This document shows positions 61,924 to 64,000 of a stretch of 64,000 nt of DNA, one piece after another. Origin of the DNA: Octopus bimaculoides (Eukaryota); NCBI RefSeq assembly GCF_001194135.2, contig NC_068984.1, positions 19,686,496-19,750,495 on the forward strand. The letters run 5' to 3'. A model generated the notes under the pieces. That model worked only from the letters and a program-made list of their open reading frames with translations. It was not told where the DNA came from and searched no databases. The translations under genes and the position numbers were made by a program. Numbering within the stretch: the first letter of the stretch is position 1; each line of letters begins with the position of its first letter.

Positions 61924-62888
61924 CTGAAATGACGAACAAAGAAGATATTTATTAGAAAATTGAAAACAAATTTATTTTTATTTATTTATAAAGGTAGTGA
62001 TGGACCCTGGGTAGATGGTGGGATGGAAGAGGTCAAAATTTAGAAAACATTTCAAAAATGTATAAATGGATAACAGATGAATAATTTTATATAAGATAAA
62101 TGAAAAAATACATCATATATACACACGTGCAAATATAAATACTGAGTCATCATTAAAATCCCTTAAAATCATCAGCTATTGCCAGGTTAGATATTTAAGG
62201 GATTTTTAAGAGAATAGAGACATAAGCCAGATTTCCCCCGGTCTTCATTCCTGATAGTTTACATATGAACATTTAGCACCTCTCCAAAGAATATGTACAA
62301 TTATTTTGTTAGCATGAATTACCACAAAAAACAGTGTTGGTCATTATTTCCAGCCTACATTTGATAGCTGGCTCCCAGCTGACTATTTCAAGCAAAAATA
62401 TTTGTAAATGCATAATTGATTGACTGCTAGAAACTGTCAGGAAATAATCATAAATTCATCCATTGAGTTGTCATATGCAAAATGTGATGCATCCTATAAT
62501 TCATATACAAAAGTATTCTATATGTTTTCAATATCAAATGTATAAAACACACAAAAGCAAGGAGATGGTTATTATTAATGAAGTTTTAATATTGAGAAAA
62601 CTTAAAGCAGAGAGTATCAACCAAATAAATATAATTATGCTCCACATAATACACTGAGTTCACTTCACTATTTGTTATAAACAATATATATTATATTATA
62701 TTATTTTTCCCCCCATATGTATATATATCTANNNNNNNNNNCATACATATATATATACATACATATGGGGGGGAAAATAACACATACATACTCTACTAAA
62801 ACACAGTATTGAGTGATCCTTCATTTTAATGTTAAATTGTTTTTATATATAACTTCACATAAAAACAAACATTAAATATAGTTATGTG

Positions 62889-62927
<39 letters not shown>

Positions 62928-64000
62928 GCACACAATCTCACTAATATTGATTTGCATTATTTTCTTAACATTTAAAGGTAGTCCCTTGAGTAATAAAGTT
63001 CTTCTTTCTATTGAACTAAATAGTAATAATAATCATTTTGAAGTTGAAAACCTCGACTGCTTCATGTCTCTTCTCAACAAAGAAATTAAATTTGCATTGT
63101 ACAAATCAATCCTATTCTATTTTGGGGGTTAACTGAACATTTCAAGATTAATGTTCAGCAAAGTTTGCAAAATTGCCAAAAAAGAAACAATTATACAATG
63201 CCATTCTAGATTTATTGTCTTGTCACATGATCCAGACAAATACCAAACATGCACACACAAGGAAACAAATAGCCACAACATAAATTTCCTCTTTAGACCT
63301 ATATTTTCTTCTGTGTTTTTCAAACCATTTATAATAAATCTGAAGGAATCATGACAAGCATACATCTACTATGAAATAGGTCATTGTTGTCTTGTCTGCA
63401 ATTATATCTAAATCTGAAGATGTTCCAAAAGAAGCTGGATGTTAAACTAAATGGAACATTGTCTTACTGTCTCAGAAACTCATTATTATAACAATCAGTT
63501 TTGCAGAATGTTCTGTTTATTCTAAGACAGTAGTTGTTAACCTTTTGTAGCTGAGCGTCACCTTTCACAGAATGGCATTTTACAATGCCTCCTCTTTGTG
63601 TTTTACAAGCGAGAAAAAAAAAATAAGGATTGTGGGATTATTTTACTTAAACAGAAGCAAATTTTCTGAGGTTTGTTTTCGAGAGGAGGAGGAGGAGGAG
63701 GAGGGATGTGACAAAGTGGTTAGGGTGTTGCACTCACAATCACAAGATCACAGTTTCAATTCCTAGACCAGGCAGTGCATAGTCCTCAGATTGCCTTGTC
63801 CTCAGATTGACACCCAAATGCTCTGAAATGTTTGCACTAGAGCTTCCGGCACAAATACTAAGCAGTACAGCATGTTGTTTTGACATTTCTGGCAGAGTGA
63901 ATTGTATCATGGTGCTGTTTTTCTCACAGACAGTACCCAACTGACCCTACCATATGTGCGAAATTAAATATATAAAATGGCGACAATTTACCCATCATAC

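Overview
This is AT-rich, microsatellite-dense animal genomic DNA with many N gaps. The SINE/LINE repertoire looks like a cephalopod such as Octopus (inference, not database-checked). The whole window lies inside one large minus-strand gene. Four GT-AG, phase-0 exons (61923-61747, 30705-30565, 16071-15751, 3238-2912) splice into 322 contiguous codons of tandem spectrin repeats, most like nesprin-1/SYNE1/MSP-300. About 98.5% of the window is intron. The introns hold tRNA-derived SINE families with swapped modules, many RTE LINE 3' ends, several restriction-like-endonuclease (RLE) non-LTR lineages sitting in (TAA)n or (CATA)n microsatellites, an internally deleted hAT element, mariner-, piggyBac- and Helentron-type non-autonomous elements, and a tandem tRNA-Gly/tRNA-Lys pseudogene pair. 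The most unusual object is at 19039-19418: a tRNA-headed SINE-like insertion with a 16-bp TSD, a minimal Penelope-type hammerhead ribozyme, and an inverted terminal copy that starts at the predicted cleavage site. Family labels (SINE-B1, B2, C, D, E, element F) are my own working names. Repeat boundaries are read by eye and are approximate unless stated otherwise.
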